NCBI GenBank assembly: GCA_036381415.1
Contig: DASVCV010000003.1
Location: forward strand, 4,162 to 68,161
Source: Patescibacteria group bacterium
GTDB taxonomy: Bacteria; Patescibacteriota; Microgenomatia; UBA8517
Length of the DNA: 64,000 nucleotides
Direction: 5' to 3'
Part shown: positions 45,254-55,454 of the stretch, piece by piece
Position numbering within the stretch: position 1 is the first letter of the stretch
How the letters are laid out: the number at the start of each line of letters is the position of its first letter
The notes under the pieces: model-generated
What the model saw: the letters and a program-made list of their open reading frames with translations, nothing else
Database searches by the model: none
Told to the model about the DNA's origin: nothing
Program-made: the position numbers and the translations under genes

Positions 45254-48200
45254 ATGCTGAAGAAATCTTTCAAATTGTTTTTTATTTTAACGGTATTGTT
45301 TTCATTCCTTAGAATTGTTAATTCTAAAAGCAGTTTTGTATATGCACAGGCTGCTTGTAGTACAGCAGGTGCTACGTGCTGCAAAGATACTTCTAATAAA
45401 TATTTCTGCAATAACGGACTTAATCCCACCTCACAGACAGCACTTTGTACATGTAGTGGCAGCACACCTTCTACCCAAACTCCAACTCAAAATTCATCTA
45501 CCCCTGTGACTCAATCTCATGCAAATGGAGATAAGATTGGACCTGAACTTGCAGACCCGGCAGCTGGGGCAAATGTTGTAGATAGAAATGGATTCAAAGG
45601 AACAGTTGCTGTAATCAATAGCATTGGCGGTTCAGTCCAGAATACTGTTCCGAGCAAAAGTAGCAATCCGGTTGCCTTGAGGCTTCTTATGGATTCAGGT
45701 ACAACAATTGATTCAATGATACTTTATGCAAATCTGCTAAATGGATCGGGTCCTAGTCAATTTCCCAATGGGGCTATCATAATCCTTGGCAATGAGCTTA
45801 ATAACCTTAAGGGAGAATGGAAAGATACAAACTTTACACTTAGAGACGCAGGTGCAAGATATGCATTTATGTTTAACTCATTTGCGGACAATGTAACGCT
45901 TGATCGAGGAAAGTTTAAAGTGGCTCCAGCTCCACCTGATATGTACAATGGCGATTTTGATCCAGTGGAGTGGCTAAATGGATTTTTATACGGAGACGAA
46001 AAACACCGATATAGCTACGGCGTAGATTGTGACAGAATAGATACTTTAATTGCAAATGTTTTTCAAGTTCAGCCGGCGGCAAAAGTAGGAGGACAATGGG
46101 ATCAAACTTATATTTTTCTTCAAAATTATATAGGCAAAAAGTGTCCTGGAAAAACTGTGACTCATTTTGAAGGCTGGGGAGCTGATCCACATGCCTCTGT
46201 TTCAGATCAAGTAAACTTTTTAAACACACAGCCTTTGCCTGTTAACTCAGCTGCTACCTTAATAGTTGATAACTGTGATGGAAGTTTTGGAGGAAATGGC
46301 ATTAAACCGTGGCTTTACTATATTCCAAAAGCTCCTTTTGTTTACAAAGCTGATGGAACTCCCTTAGATCCTCAAACTTGTAGTGGAAGTTCAAATCTTG
46401 CAACAACTAAAAATCCTTATACTCCAAAAGACGTGCCATGTGATTCAAGAATTGGTGAATACTCTGATGAGTACCACTCACTTCGACCCTACCCTGCTTC
46501 TCCTTGTAAAAAAGAAGTGAGTGAAACAGCACTCATGTGTGGAAATGATTTAATTGTTAAAAAAACATTTAGTGATTTGGCTCCAAGTGGCGATTGTACA
46601 TCGCCGGGAGCTGATGGATCATTTTTCTGCAATTATAAATATTCAGGACTAACCGACAATGTAACCATAAATCTTAAAAATGCAGAGTTACCAATTCTTG
46701 GGAACACTGAGTTAGTACCAAATTCAACTGATAGAAACGGTGCTAAAAGAGCTTATATAACTTATGGTCAGAGAGTAAATGAATATGTCAGCTGGTACTT
46801 AAATGGAGCTATAGACAGAGCTGAGGAAAACTTTATTAAAATTCCATCTGATATTGACACTCTTCTTAACTACTCTGGACCTTTAAGGAAACTTTTTCCT
46901 TGGAGTGTTCAGATTAATCAAGGAATGAAAACAGTACAGCAGGTTTTTGATACGAGACACGATCAGACAGTTGGCTGCTATTCAAATGGCCAACCTGTTT
47001 CTTGTGCAACACCTGAAGCTTTAAAGGATACACAAGAAGTAAGGGCAAGTTTCTGGAAGAATGCATCTCCCCCATTAGAATCTGCATTTAGTGATTTTAG
47101 AGAATACTGGAAAGCTTATATGACTTGGAGAGGACAATTTTGCACTCCAAGCCTTTTAGGATTTTTTCTCTGTAGCCCAGATCTAACTGCTGGGCCAAAC
47201 TGGCTTGCTTCATTTTTCCCTTTTATTCCTCAATCCTCTACTGAAGATAGGACAGGGCAGGTTATTACTGACAACAATATTGTAGTGAATGGAAAGCAAC
47301 AACTTGAACATACTGTGCAACTTAAGGATGGACAAGGAAATGGAGGTACAGTGGAGAATGTTTCATTTACACCTGTAAGTGATAACCACAATCTGTATTT
47401 TGCACACACTGAAGAAGTAGCAACCTTGGGACAACTTTTACAAAGTACATTTGCTACTAAAAGTGATCCAATCAATGACTGGGAGACAAGACTTTCTCGA
47501 GATGTAGCAATTCATGATCCTGATGCAGTTGGAGGAATGCAAAAATACCAAACATATGGATGCAATACCCAGGATGTGCGTATAAATCCAGGAGACAATC
47601 TATATGGAGACTTGCCAAAAGATGGAAACCAGATAACTGGAAACTTGAACTATGATGCTACTTTTAGCTGCAAGTTTGAAAGGAAAACTGATCAAGCTTG
47701 TGTAGACAACTGTAAGGGAGATCAGACCTGTGCTGCAGCTTGTACACACACAAATGGGTGTAGTAAAGATATTTATGTTTCCCTGGCAATTTATACTAAA
47801 ACTCCCAAAGCACAAGAGATTTGGGACAGACTCGTTGACGGGGAAATGTCTGTTTTTAAAAAGATATTTCCTAAAGCTGGTCCAAACAGCCCTGTAGAAT
47901 CTATTAAAGACATTCCTGCTGCAAGCAAGGTTGTCTATACATCAACAACTGATGAAGCAAAAGCTGGAATGACTGGAAGAGGTGGAGCTGAGGCACAGCT
48001 ATTTTTCCCACATATAGGGAGCTTGGAAGAATATTTCTTAAAAGGTATACAACAGGCACTTAGACCGAAAGATGTAGGTGAAACTGCCATTGCTGGAAAG
48101 CCAGGAGCAATGTGTAGCCCAACAAACCCAACTAACAAATCAACATTTAGGGATACTGAAATTTCAGATGGAGTAATTGGACTTGCCCTACAAGTAAGCA

Positions 48201-48781
48201 GATACACTTGCACCCCAGCTGAACTTTTAATTGGAGTTTTGTCACAGGAAACCAGAGGAAGAACAGTTACTTCATTTAATCCCCTAACCCAAGAACCTAT
48301 TACTGGAGATCCTAATCAAAAGGTTGTAAGAACTGAGAGGTGTTTAAATGGAGATTTGAATGATCCAAATGGGTGTGGTCCCTATTCCTGGCATCCTTTT
48401 GTGACATATACAAACATGGCTGGCCAATGGCAAAAACAAGCTGCCGACTGCATTAACCACTTTGGTGTGTCATCCCCTCTTGACCAAAGAATTATTGCAC
48501 AGGCAATGTGCTACACTTCTGCTCATTTCTGGGGGTCAATTAGACTGAAGGATAGTTCTTTGCCTGATTGCACAGGAGAAAATCAAAAACCTTATACGCT
48601 TGACCAAGTTGATCCGGCTGGAGTGAGGCTTGCAACACTACAATTTTGCGGAGAAGCTGAAAATGGAGTTTTTACTCCAAGGTGTCAATCATATGCTGAT
48701 ACCTACAATACAATGATTGAGGGATACAAAGCTTCAGTTGGAATAGTAAGAGATCAGATGAAGGCATGTTTGACTCCATAA
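45254..48781 (+). CDS. large secreted Cys-rich protein (1175 aa), possible T4SS-associated surface/adhesin or cell-wall-active protein
   Basis: Signal peptide and many paired Cys (CSTAGATCCKD..., CVDNCKGDQTCAAACTHTNGC). The C-terminal region has ELLIGVLSQETRG, weakly reminiscent of lytic-transglycosylase catalytic-Glu context. Confidence 0.45.
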   Translation: MLKKSFKLFFILTVLFSFLRIVNSKSSFVYAQAACSTAGATCCKDTSNKYFCNNGLNPTSQTALCTCSGSTPSTQTPTQNSSTPVTQSHANGDKIGPELADPAAGANVVDRNGFKGTVAVINSIGGSVQNTVPSKSSNPVALRLLMDSGTTIDSMILYANLLNGSGPSQFPNGAIIILGNELNNLKGEWKDTNFTLRDAGARYAFMFNSFADNVTLDRGKFKVAPAPPDMYNGDFDPVEWLNGFLYGDEKHRYSYGVDCDRIDTLIANVFQVQPAAKVGGQWDQTYIFLQNYIGKKCPGKTVTHFEGWGADPHASVSDQVNFLNTQPLPVNSAATLIVDNCDGSFGGNGIKPWLYYIPKAPFVYKADGTPLDPQTCSGSSNLATTKNPYTPKDVPCDSRIGEYSDEYHSLRPYPASPCKKEVSETALMCGNDLIVKKTFSDLAPSGDCTSPGADGSFFCNYKYSGLTDNVTINLKNAELPILGNTELVPNSTDRNGAKRAYITYGQRVNEYVSWYLNGAIDRAEENFIKIPSDIDTLLNYSGPLRKLFPWSVQINQGMKTVQQVFDTRHDQTVGCYSNGQPVSCATPEALKDTQEVRASFWKNASPPLESAFSDFREYWKAYMTWRGQFCTPSLLGFFLCSPDLTAGPNWLASFFPFIPQSSTEDRTGQVITDNNIVVNGKQQLEHTVQLKDGQGNGGTVENVSFTPVSDNHNLYFAHTEEVATLGQLLQSTFATKSDPINDWETRLSRDVAIHDPDAVGGMQKYQTYGCNTQDVRINPGDNLYGDLPKDGNQITGNLNYDATFSCKFERKTDQACVDNCKGDQTCAAACTHTNGCSKDIYVSLAIYTKTPKAQEIWDRLVDGEMSVFKKIFPKAGPNSPVESIKDIPAASKVVYTSTTDEAKAGMTGRGGAEAQLFFPHIGSLEEYFLKGIQQALRPKDVGETAIAGKPGAMCSPTNPTNKSTFRDTEISDGVIGLALQVSRYTCTPAELLIGVLSQETRGRTVTSFNPLTQEPITGDPNQKVVRTERCLNGDLNDPNGCGPYSWHPFVTYTNMAGQWQKQAADCINHFGVSSPLDQRIIAQAMCYTSAHFWGSIRLKDSSLPDCTGENQKPYTLDQVDPAGVRLATLQFCGEAENGVFTPRCQSYADTYNTMIEGYKASVGIVRDQMKACLTP

Positions 48782-48833
48782 AAGAATCTAAACGGGACTT
48801 TAGTTTTTGGATCAAGTATAATATGATAAATCA

Positions 48834-50525
48834 ATGTCCAAACTATTCAAGAAATTTTTAGCTTCGTTTTTGGTTGCATTTTTTTTGCTCATAACGGTTG
48901 CAACACCTTTTGCTCATGCTCAATCAAATGGTACTTGGTATTCTCAGGGTTTTGACCAGTGGTATGCCAAGGTTTATGACACAAGTAATCCCCAAGAAAT
49001 TTTTGGAGAAAGGTATACTGCAGCACAAGTACAATGGGTTTTTTATGGAGCTGCTTCTTTTTTCTTAAATTTAGCCTTGGGAGGCAATACCGATTTAGTT
49101 CAGTGTTCAATTCTACATGACGTAGGAAAATGTAATGCAGCGGTTCAAAAAATGTTTTCATTTAGAGACAATGCCATACCTGTAGCTGAAAAAAATGAAA
49201 CTCTTTTATCACAAATATTTGCTGACCGTCCCCTTTCAGGCATTACTTATGTAAAAGATTTAGGACGAAAATTCCATCTTGTTCCTGAGGCAAAAGCTCA
49301 GTCTGTCGGGTTTGGATATCAGGCACTCTATATTATTCAGGATGCATGGAGGGCAGTACGAGATCTTTCATATGTGTTCTTTGTGATAGTAATTTTAGTT
49401 TTTGCCTTCATGATCATGTTTAGAGTAAAGATATCACCCCAAGTGGTAATTACTGTTCAATCAGCGCTTCCAAAGCTGGTTGTTGGACTTATTCTTGTTA
49501 CTTTTTCCTACGCTATTGCAGGGTTTTTAATAGACTTGATGTATGTGATTATTGGTTTTATCAGTATTATTTTCTCCCGAATCGATGTGATCGGGTTTTC
49601 TAAAAATGCGGTAGATTATTTTAATTTGTTTACCAAAGGACCGGCAATTGGGCCAGTACGAGGAGGGGTTGTACTGTTTTTAGTCTATTATTTCCTTTAT
49701 TTCTTGGTAGCCTGGGTTCTTACTTTTTTCTTTGGCTTAGTCAGCTCCCTAACAAGTTTAACAAATCAGAATCTTAGCGGATTTATAGGTGGAGAGAGTA
49801 TGAGTGCTTTAATACTTCTAGTAGGAATAATTTTGCTGATTGTACTTATAATATTAATCATCATAAATATTTTTAAAATTTTGTTGATGCTTGTAAAAGC
49901 TTTCGCATCGATACTTCTTTTGACGATATTTGCGCCTCTTCAGCTAACGGTAGGTATGGTTGTCCCAGGCCTAGGTTTTGGTTCGTGGCTCAAAAGTTTT
50001 GTCTCTAAACTTGCAGTGTTCCCTGTAACTGGAGCTCTTTTTATGCTGGCTTTCTGGTTTTTGAATCTTGCAGTTGGTATAGCATTTGATCAAACTCGTA
50101 TTAACCTGGCAAGCGGAGCTCTTTCTGGGCTTATTGTTAAGGTTGACCCCAATGTAATTAGTGGATTTAATGCAAGTTTTACTCAAGGTTGGCCTCCCCT
50201 TCTAGGCGGACTTCCCCAAATGGCAGCACTTGTAATGTTAGTTGTAAGTTTTATGGTTTTTGCAATGATACCTAAAGCAGGAGATATGGTAGAAGGACTT
50301 ATTTCAGGAAAGTTTGCATTTGGTAGTGCAATTGGAGATTCATTTAAGCCATTCACAGCTTTTGGTGGAGCAATCTATGGAACAGCCCAAAAAGCTGGTG
50401 CTGAAGGAGCTGTTGGCTATATAGGCGGCAGGCTTGCACAACAAGGAGGCTTAGTCGCTAGAGGAGGTAGATATCTAGAACAAGCCGTAAGAAGAGGTAG
50501 AACAGTGAAGGAGGAAGAAGCTTAA
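48834..50525 (+). CDS. polytopic membrane protein, VirB6/TrbL-like
   Basis: Signal peptide, ~150-aa extracytoplasmic segment, at least 7 TM helices, Gly-rich C-terminal tail. The layout and position next to the pilin genes fit a VirB6 analogue. Confidence 0.4.
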   Translation: MSKLFKKFLASFLVAFFLLITVATPFAHAQSNGTWYSQGFDQWYAKVYDTSNPQEIFGERYTAAQVQWVFYGAASFFLNLALGGNTDLVQCSILHDVGKCNAAVQKMFSFRDNAIPVAEKNETLLSQIFADRPLSGITYVKDLGRKFHLVPEAKAQSVGFGYQALYIIQDAWRAVRDLSYVFFVIVILVFAFMIMFRVKISPQVVITVQSALPKLVVGLILVTFSYAIAGFLIDLMYVIIGFISIIFSRIDVIGFSKNAVDYFNLFTKGPAIGPVRGGVVLFLVYYFLYFLVAWVLTFFFGLVSSLTSLTNQNLSGFIGGESMSALILLVGIILLIVLIILIIINIFKILLMLVKAFASILLLTIFAPLQLTVGMVVPGLGFGSWLKSFVSKLAVFPVTGALFMLAFWFLNLAVGIAFDQTRINLASGALSGLIVKVDPNVISGFNASFTQGWPPLLGGLPQMAALVMLVVSFMVFAMIPKAGDMVEGLISGKFAFGSAIGDSFKPFTAFGGAIYGTAQKAGAEGAVGYIGGRLAQQGGLVARGGRYLEQAVRRGRTVKEEEA

Positions 50526-50678
50526 CAGTATGAGAAAAAAAGCTTTCACTCCAAAGAATGTTGAAGATGGTGGGCAAAATGTGAGAAAGGGAAAAGTATC
50601 TCGTGAAATTTTAAAATGGATTAATATTGGAAAAAAGCAGAAAGATGTCTATGTCCCAACGAATGAATAAAAGATAGT

Positions 50679-52538
50679 TTACCCTCCTCTTGTACGTACG
50701 ATTTTCTCTAGTGTTGCTACGGCTGAGTTTATAGCCAAGCGCCTATAAGGGTGAACAATTTTTACAATCTTATCTATTTGTGTTGGGGTTATAAGCATAA
50801 AAGGTTGGCGTGTTTCTGGATCTATACCTACAGGTCTTTGCAACATATTAAGAAATGTTCCCATTTGGGGTGCATCCCAAGTAAGAAGAGTTGCTTGTCT
50901 TGTAGCTTCTTCAACTATGCCTAATGCAAGATAGTAACGAAGTCTAAAAATTTCTTTGGTTGGGTAGGCGGGTATATTGGCATCGGGGATATCAGGAGGA
51001 TCAGGGGTTTCTGTTGTATCTGCTCTCATAGCGGCTCCAATCCAGCTGACGGCGTTGTCTTCAGTTGTGTCACTTGGTTTATAGTCTGATTTCAACAAAT
51101 TCACCGAGGTATTAACAACCGATGGCAGATAGACAGCTAAATACACAGCATAACTCCCTCCTGGAAGGTTTTTGTAATTAGGTGCGGATGTGTCTAAATG
51201 AAAATCAGCGTAGGTTTGATCATCGGGTCTTCCTGTTTTACCCATTAGCTTTCGTATACAAGTTATTTTGTAGACTACGTCCATAGCGTCTCTCATTTTG
51301 TGCATTTTGTTTAATCTCCCTGCTTCTTGCCATTTTTGTTCATTAAAGAGGTGAGCTTTGTTTGCATAAGCAGCTCTTCTTAAATAGGAGGTTGCAAAAC
51401 CGTCAATAAGTTCGAGAGTGATAGCAGGCCCAAAATCCCCACCAGTTTTAAGCTCTGTTCTTCTGAACTCTGAAAAGTAGGCAGCTTTTGTAATTGGATC
51501 TTGAGCATTAACTTCTTTCCACAATGAATATTCAAACGTTGCATGAGCGAGTCGTTCTGCAAGCGTAACAGCTTTGCGTATTTCTGGAGTATCACCACCC
51601 AATTCGCTCCTAATAAATTCATCCATTCTTCCAGCTTGATCGCTAGACATCCTTCCTGCGTACCTTATCGGTTTCCCTTTATCATCTACTCCAACAGAGC
51701 GTGCTCCTTCAAAGGCTGTTCTTTCCAAAACAGCGTGAGCTCTGGATATTCCTAAGTCACTTTCTTTATATAGATACTCTAAATCTTCACCTTCTAAAAG
51801 CAGTCCTCTAACTGTCATTTCCTTAACTATATCTCTCATCGAATTTACGAAGTCTTCAGGCCTACCGCTTACTCTTTCTACCAGAGTGTAACATGCGTGC
51901 AACCGAAGTCTTGCCTGGACTTCTTTTGCAACTTCAGGAGATAAATGCTGATTCTTTAAAGCATCTGCTAACTGCTGATAGTTGTGTGCATTAATTTGGT
52001 GATCTAGAGGATAGGTATTTGCTTCTATTTTATCCAATACTTCTCTAACCTTTTGACGCTGTAGCTCCGGATTTCCCTTGTCTCTTTCTATTTCAGATAA
52101 GTTCAGTCCTCCAATTTGAGTTGCTGACTCACCTACAGCTTTTCTAACTTTCTTTAACTCTCTTACAACAGGGTCTTCATGGGGATTTTCTTGTCGAGCT
52201 TGTCTTATGCTTCCATGGCCGGAAGTTTGTGCGAGTCTTTCCTTTTCTTCACCTATTACACCTGCTAATTTTGCCCAGTCCTCAAGACTAATTCTTTTTG
52301 ATGGGTCTTTGTCCATGACCATATCATTACCCCTATCTAGGATTTGATCTAAAGTCTTTAAATTTTTACTAGAAGGAAGCAATGCTACTCTAGCAAGATG
52401 TTGGACATTCTCGTCTTTTATTTCAACTTCTTTGCCTTTTTCAGAGTAGATTAAACCCTTTACTTTCTCTTCAAAGGACTTCGGGGATGGCAATTCTGGT
52501 GTGCGATTATTTTCTACTGGCATATTTCCCTCGGGCAT
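50679..52538 (-). CDS. large soluble hypothetical protein (619 aa)
   Basis: Long ORF with no TM segments and no recognisable catalytic motifs. Antisense to the flanking T4SS-like genes. Confidence 0.4.
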   Translation of the reverse strand: MPEGNMPVENNRTPELPSPKSFEEKVKGLIYSEKGKEVEIKDENVQHLARVALLPSSKNLKTLDQILDRGNDMVMDKDPSKRISLEDWAKLAGVIGEEKERLAQTSGHGSIRQARQENPHEDPVVRELKKVRKAVGESATQIGGLNLSEIERDKGNPELQRQKVREVLDKIEANTYPLDHQINAHNYQQLADALKNQHLSPEVAKEVQARLRLHACYTLVERVSGRPEDFVNSMRDIVKEMTVRGLLLEGEDLEYLYKESDLGISRAHAVLERTAFEGARSVGVDDKGKPIRYAGRMSSDQAGRMDEFIRSELGGDTPEIRKAVTLAERLAHATFEYSLWKEVNAQDPITKAAYFSEFRRTELKTGGDFGPAITLELIDGFATSYLRRAAYANKAHLFNEQKWQEAGRLNKMHKMRDAMDVVYKITCIRKLMGKTGRPDDQTYADFHLDTSAPNYKNLPGGSYAVYLAVYLPSVVNTSVNLLKSDYKPSDTTEDNAVSWIGAAMRADTTETPDPPDIPDANIPAYPTKEIFRLRYYLALGIVEEATRQATLLTWDAPQMGTFLNMLQRPVGIDPETRQPFMLITPTQIDKIVKIVHPYRRLAINSAVATLEKIVRTRGG

Positions 52539-52665
52539 GGCCTATTTTAACATTTTGTAAACGGTTTATCTAATTAACTTCTTGTAGTTTCTTTATAATA
52601 CTAAACTCTTTTATGTTAAAGGTGTTTGAAATTGCTTAAAAAGGGATTTGAAAGAAATGTTTCTA

Positions 52666-53424
52666 TTATATATTTGGTATTGGTGTCACTAACGCAGCTA
52701 TTGCAAAAGATCGCCCAAGTGGATCTCTATTCTCTGATCTTATGTATAAATTGCCACTTTCATCAAAGGGGCCAACGGTGGCAAAGTTGTTTCGCATACT
52801 GCCTGCATCATCTGCAGGAGTGGAAGTTATTATATGTTGGTTTTGGTCAAATAGTTTTTCACCTGTTTTTTCTAGATGTAAGATTGCTAGCTCTGCATAT
52901 TGATTTACTCTGCCCATCACAGCGAATGCGCCTGTTTTTAAATTTATTTGTTCTGAAAAGTGAGATATTCTTTTGGGCCAATCCCACCAAGGCCAGGCGT
53001 TACTTCCCGGAAGAAGAAAGGTGTTTGGTTTTACTGCTACTTCAACAGCCTTTGAAACATCCTCAAAAAAGCTTTCACGAGAGTAGTCCCAACCAAACTT
53101 TTCACTGCTATTTTTTGCAGAATCAATAATTGGCTTACCTGCTTCCATTAATTCTGAGATGGATGAACCTGTTAGTGTATAAACAAAGAATCCAGCCTGT
53201 TCCAGTTTTTCTAGCGTTTCTGGATTAAATCTAGAGACATAAACTTTTTTCTCAGAACTTCCATAGCCAGTAACAGGAATGTCTTTCCCCCGCTGCTTCA
53301 AAATTTTATTGATAACATCGGCGTGGTTAGAGTCATCTAGATTTCCAGTAGATCTTAGCTCTTCTTCAATTCTTCTCAGCATAGCGAGATTATAATAACG
53401 GTGGCGTAGAAAATCAAATATCAA
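52666..53424 (-). CDS. hypothetical protein (252 aa)
   Basis: ORF with coding composition. The overlapping + strand ORF 52626..53129 is Leu-rich and low-complexity, and is treated as spurious. Confidence 0.35.
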   Translation of the reverse strand: MIFDFLRHRYYNLAMLRRIEEELRSTGNLDDSNHADVINKILKQRGKDIPVTGYGSSEKKVYVSRFNPETLEKLEQAGFFVYTLTGSSISELMEAGKPIIDSAKNSSEKFGWDYSRESFFEDVSKAVEVAVKPNTFLLPGSNAWPWWDWPKRISHFSEQINLKTGAFAVMGRVNQYAELAILHLEKTGEKLFDQNQHIITSTPADDAGSMRNNFATVGPFDESGNLYIRSENRDPLGRSFAIAALVTPIPNI

Positions 53425-53459
53425 TATGCGTATTAGTTGGCAGGGGGGTTATGGAATAT

Positions 53460-54428
53460 TTAACACTTAACATTTTCTCCACAGTGTTTGCAGTTAGATA
53501 GCAATTTATGAGGTTCTCTTGTGTTTATTCTATGGCAATATGGACACTCAAAATTTAATGATCCATATTCGTCTTCTTGTCTAACAATCTTTACCATTCC
53601 AAATAAACTTTTGTTTTGCATTGAAAGAAGATCTCTGTTTAATACACCACACCCACCCCGAGAGAGGTTCCATCCCCTCTCCTCCATTCCATTTTCAATT
53701 CTTGCACCTCTGTGCAACAGATCCTCCTTACTAACTTTGGCGTCATTTAATACTTTTTTGCTTTCTTCTCTTGCATCTTTAAGGGCCTTCATTTTTAAAT
53801 GGTGAGCTTCTCCATGGCTAATTTTTTCAAACAGGACTGACAGTTCTGGAAAAGTTGATGAAAGGAAATTAACCCAATTGGAGTTTTGAGGTGGCAAAAA
53901 GATAGAGATCTTATCTCTTAAGTCTTCTGGGGCTTTTATTTGCTGACTTGGTTTATCAGAAAACTCTTCAAGCATTAAGAATAACTTTTCACAATATTCT
54001 GGAGTTACATCTTTTAATGGGATCCCATATGATTGAAGTACTTTTACTCCTAATATTTCTCTAACTTTTCCAATTTCAAACCTACCTTCCTGATAATTAA
54101 ATTCTCCTCCGGGCGGACTGACCCAGGCTAAAACTGTTCCAGGTTCTTCATCAACTAAAGCTTGCCTTATTATTAACCCTGCAATTTTTTCTTTTTGAGT
54201 TTGAGGTGTTTCATCTGAATAAAAATCTTTGACATCTCTTGTCTTATCTAAGCTGGGATTAACTACTAGTCCATTCGACAGATGAGCAAGAAAAAAGCTG
54301 TGTATATTTCCTGAAGATTCTATGACTAAAGCTGCAGTATCTCTTTCAAGAGCCTTTCTATTAAAGCCTTCTGACTTTTGATACCTTGATAGATCAAATG
54401 CTTTGCGTGATTCTAATATTCTTTCCAT
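53460..54428 (-). CDS. hypothetical protein with C-terminal zinc ribbon
   Basis: 322 aa ending CPYCHRINTREPHKLLSNCKHCGENVKC (CxxC...CxxC). Confidence 0.4.
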   Translation of the reverse strand: MERILESRKAFDLSRYQKSEGFNRKALERDTAALVIESSGNIHSFFLAHLSNGLVVNPSLDKTRDVKDFYSDETPQTQKEKIAGLIIRQALVDEEPGTVLAWVSPPGGEFNYQEGRFEIGKVREILGVKVLQSYGIPLKDVTPEYCEKLFLMLEEFSDKPSQQIKAPEDLRDKISIFLPPQNSNWVNFLSSTFPELSVLFEKISHGEAHHLKMKALKDAREESKKVLNDAKVSKEDLLHRGARIENGMEERGWNLSRGGCGVLNRDLLSMQNKSLFGMVKIVRQEDEYGSLNFECPYCHRINTREPHKLLSNCKHCGENVKC

Positions 54429-54537
54429 ATTCCTGCTCGGGATATTAGATTGTTAGTTTTCTGGCTTTACAGTTGCGGCACAGCTAGGGATTTGCACCCT
54501 ATTCCTTAAACACAATCTTTAAGTCATCATAAAATCT

Positions 54538-55359
54538 TTGTGTTTATTTTCAATAGGCAAATTGACAATAAAACCTATAATATCTATAATCCAGACCATG
54601 AGTGATTTTGAAAGAGCAAGACATAGACTGCAACAAAAAGCAGAAGAATCACAGAGAAGAAAATTAGAAGAGACTGAGACAGAAAAAATCTTCCAAGAGA
54701 CAGAGCAGTCAAGGTTGAAAAATGAGGCTGAACAATTAAGATTAGACCAAGAAGGGCTAGAAGCAAGAAAAAAAATACTACCCGCAGCCCAATTAAAAAT
54801 ATCTGAATTTTTATCTGAAATTAATGCTAAGCTTTTTTTAAATAAAGGTGCAATATCAGGCTGGAGAGTAGTTGAAGATCTACATGATCACACTACTTAT
54901 TACGAAGAGGGCATGTATGATAACTATTGTAGCTGGTCAGAAACTGAGCACCATAAATCTAAACAACTTGTAACCAGCCTCCATCTGGACGCCAATCAAT
55001 CCCTCTTCTTTTCTATACCTGTAATGAGTTCTACATTGGTAGAGAAAGAAAAATTCATAGAAGAGAGAGACTGGTTGATGCGTAAAACTGGGGTTGTCTT
55101 TTCCGATGGTTATGAAAAATTGTGGGAAGACAGATTAGCTTTGGATAAACAGTTGGGTCAAGTATCTTTAGGTGGAGAAAAATGTTACAGAGAAACTGCA
55201 AGGGTTCCTATTAGTTATTATAATGAGGAAGAGAGGAAGAAACTCTTTATTGCAGGTGAACCAATAGTTTGCAGATTACCACTTAAGGGTGACGAGTGGA
55301 ATAAATTTAGAGAACTAGTTCTTTATTATATTGCCGAAGAGTTGAATCTTCCTGATTAA
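54538..55359 (+). CDS. hypothetical protein (start probably the internal Met at ~54599)
   Basis: 273-aa ORF. The N-terminal 60 aa are charged and coiled-coil-like. Confidence 0.35.
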   Translation: MCLFSIGKLTIKPIISIIQTMSDFERARHRLQQKAEESQRRKLEETETEKIFQETEQSRLKNEAEQLRLDQEGLEARKKILPAAQLKISEFLSEINAKLFLNKGAISGWRVVEDLHDHTTYYEEGMYDNYCSWSETEHHKSKQLVTSLHLDANQSLFFSIPVMSSTLVEKEKFIEERDWLMRKTGVVFSDGYEKLWEDRLALDKQLGQVSLGGEKCYRETARVPISYYNEEERKKLFIAGEPIVCRLPLKGDEWNKFRELVLYYIAEELNLPD

Positions 55360-55454
55360 TAATTTGTGAAAAGGGCAACTACTTGCAATAGACACTTCAC
55401 GCAGTAAGCTAAACATAGCCGTACAAAGTATTAATAATGTAATCACTGCCTATC

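Noticed and set aside
52626-53129. 167-aa + strand ORF
   Set aside because: Leu-rich and low-complexity. It is fully antisense to a better-looking 252-aa minus-strand ORF.
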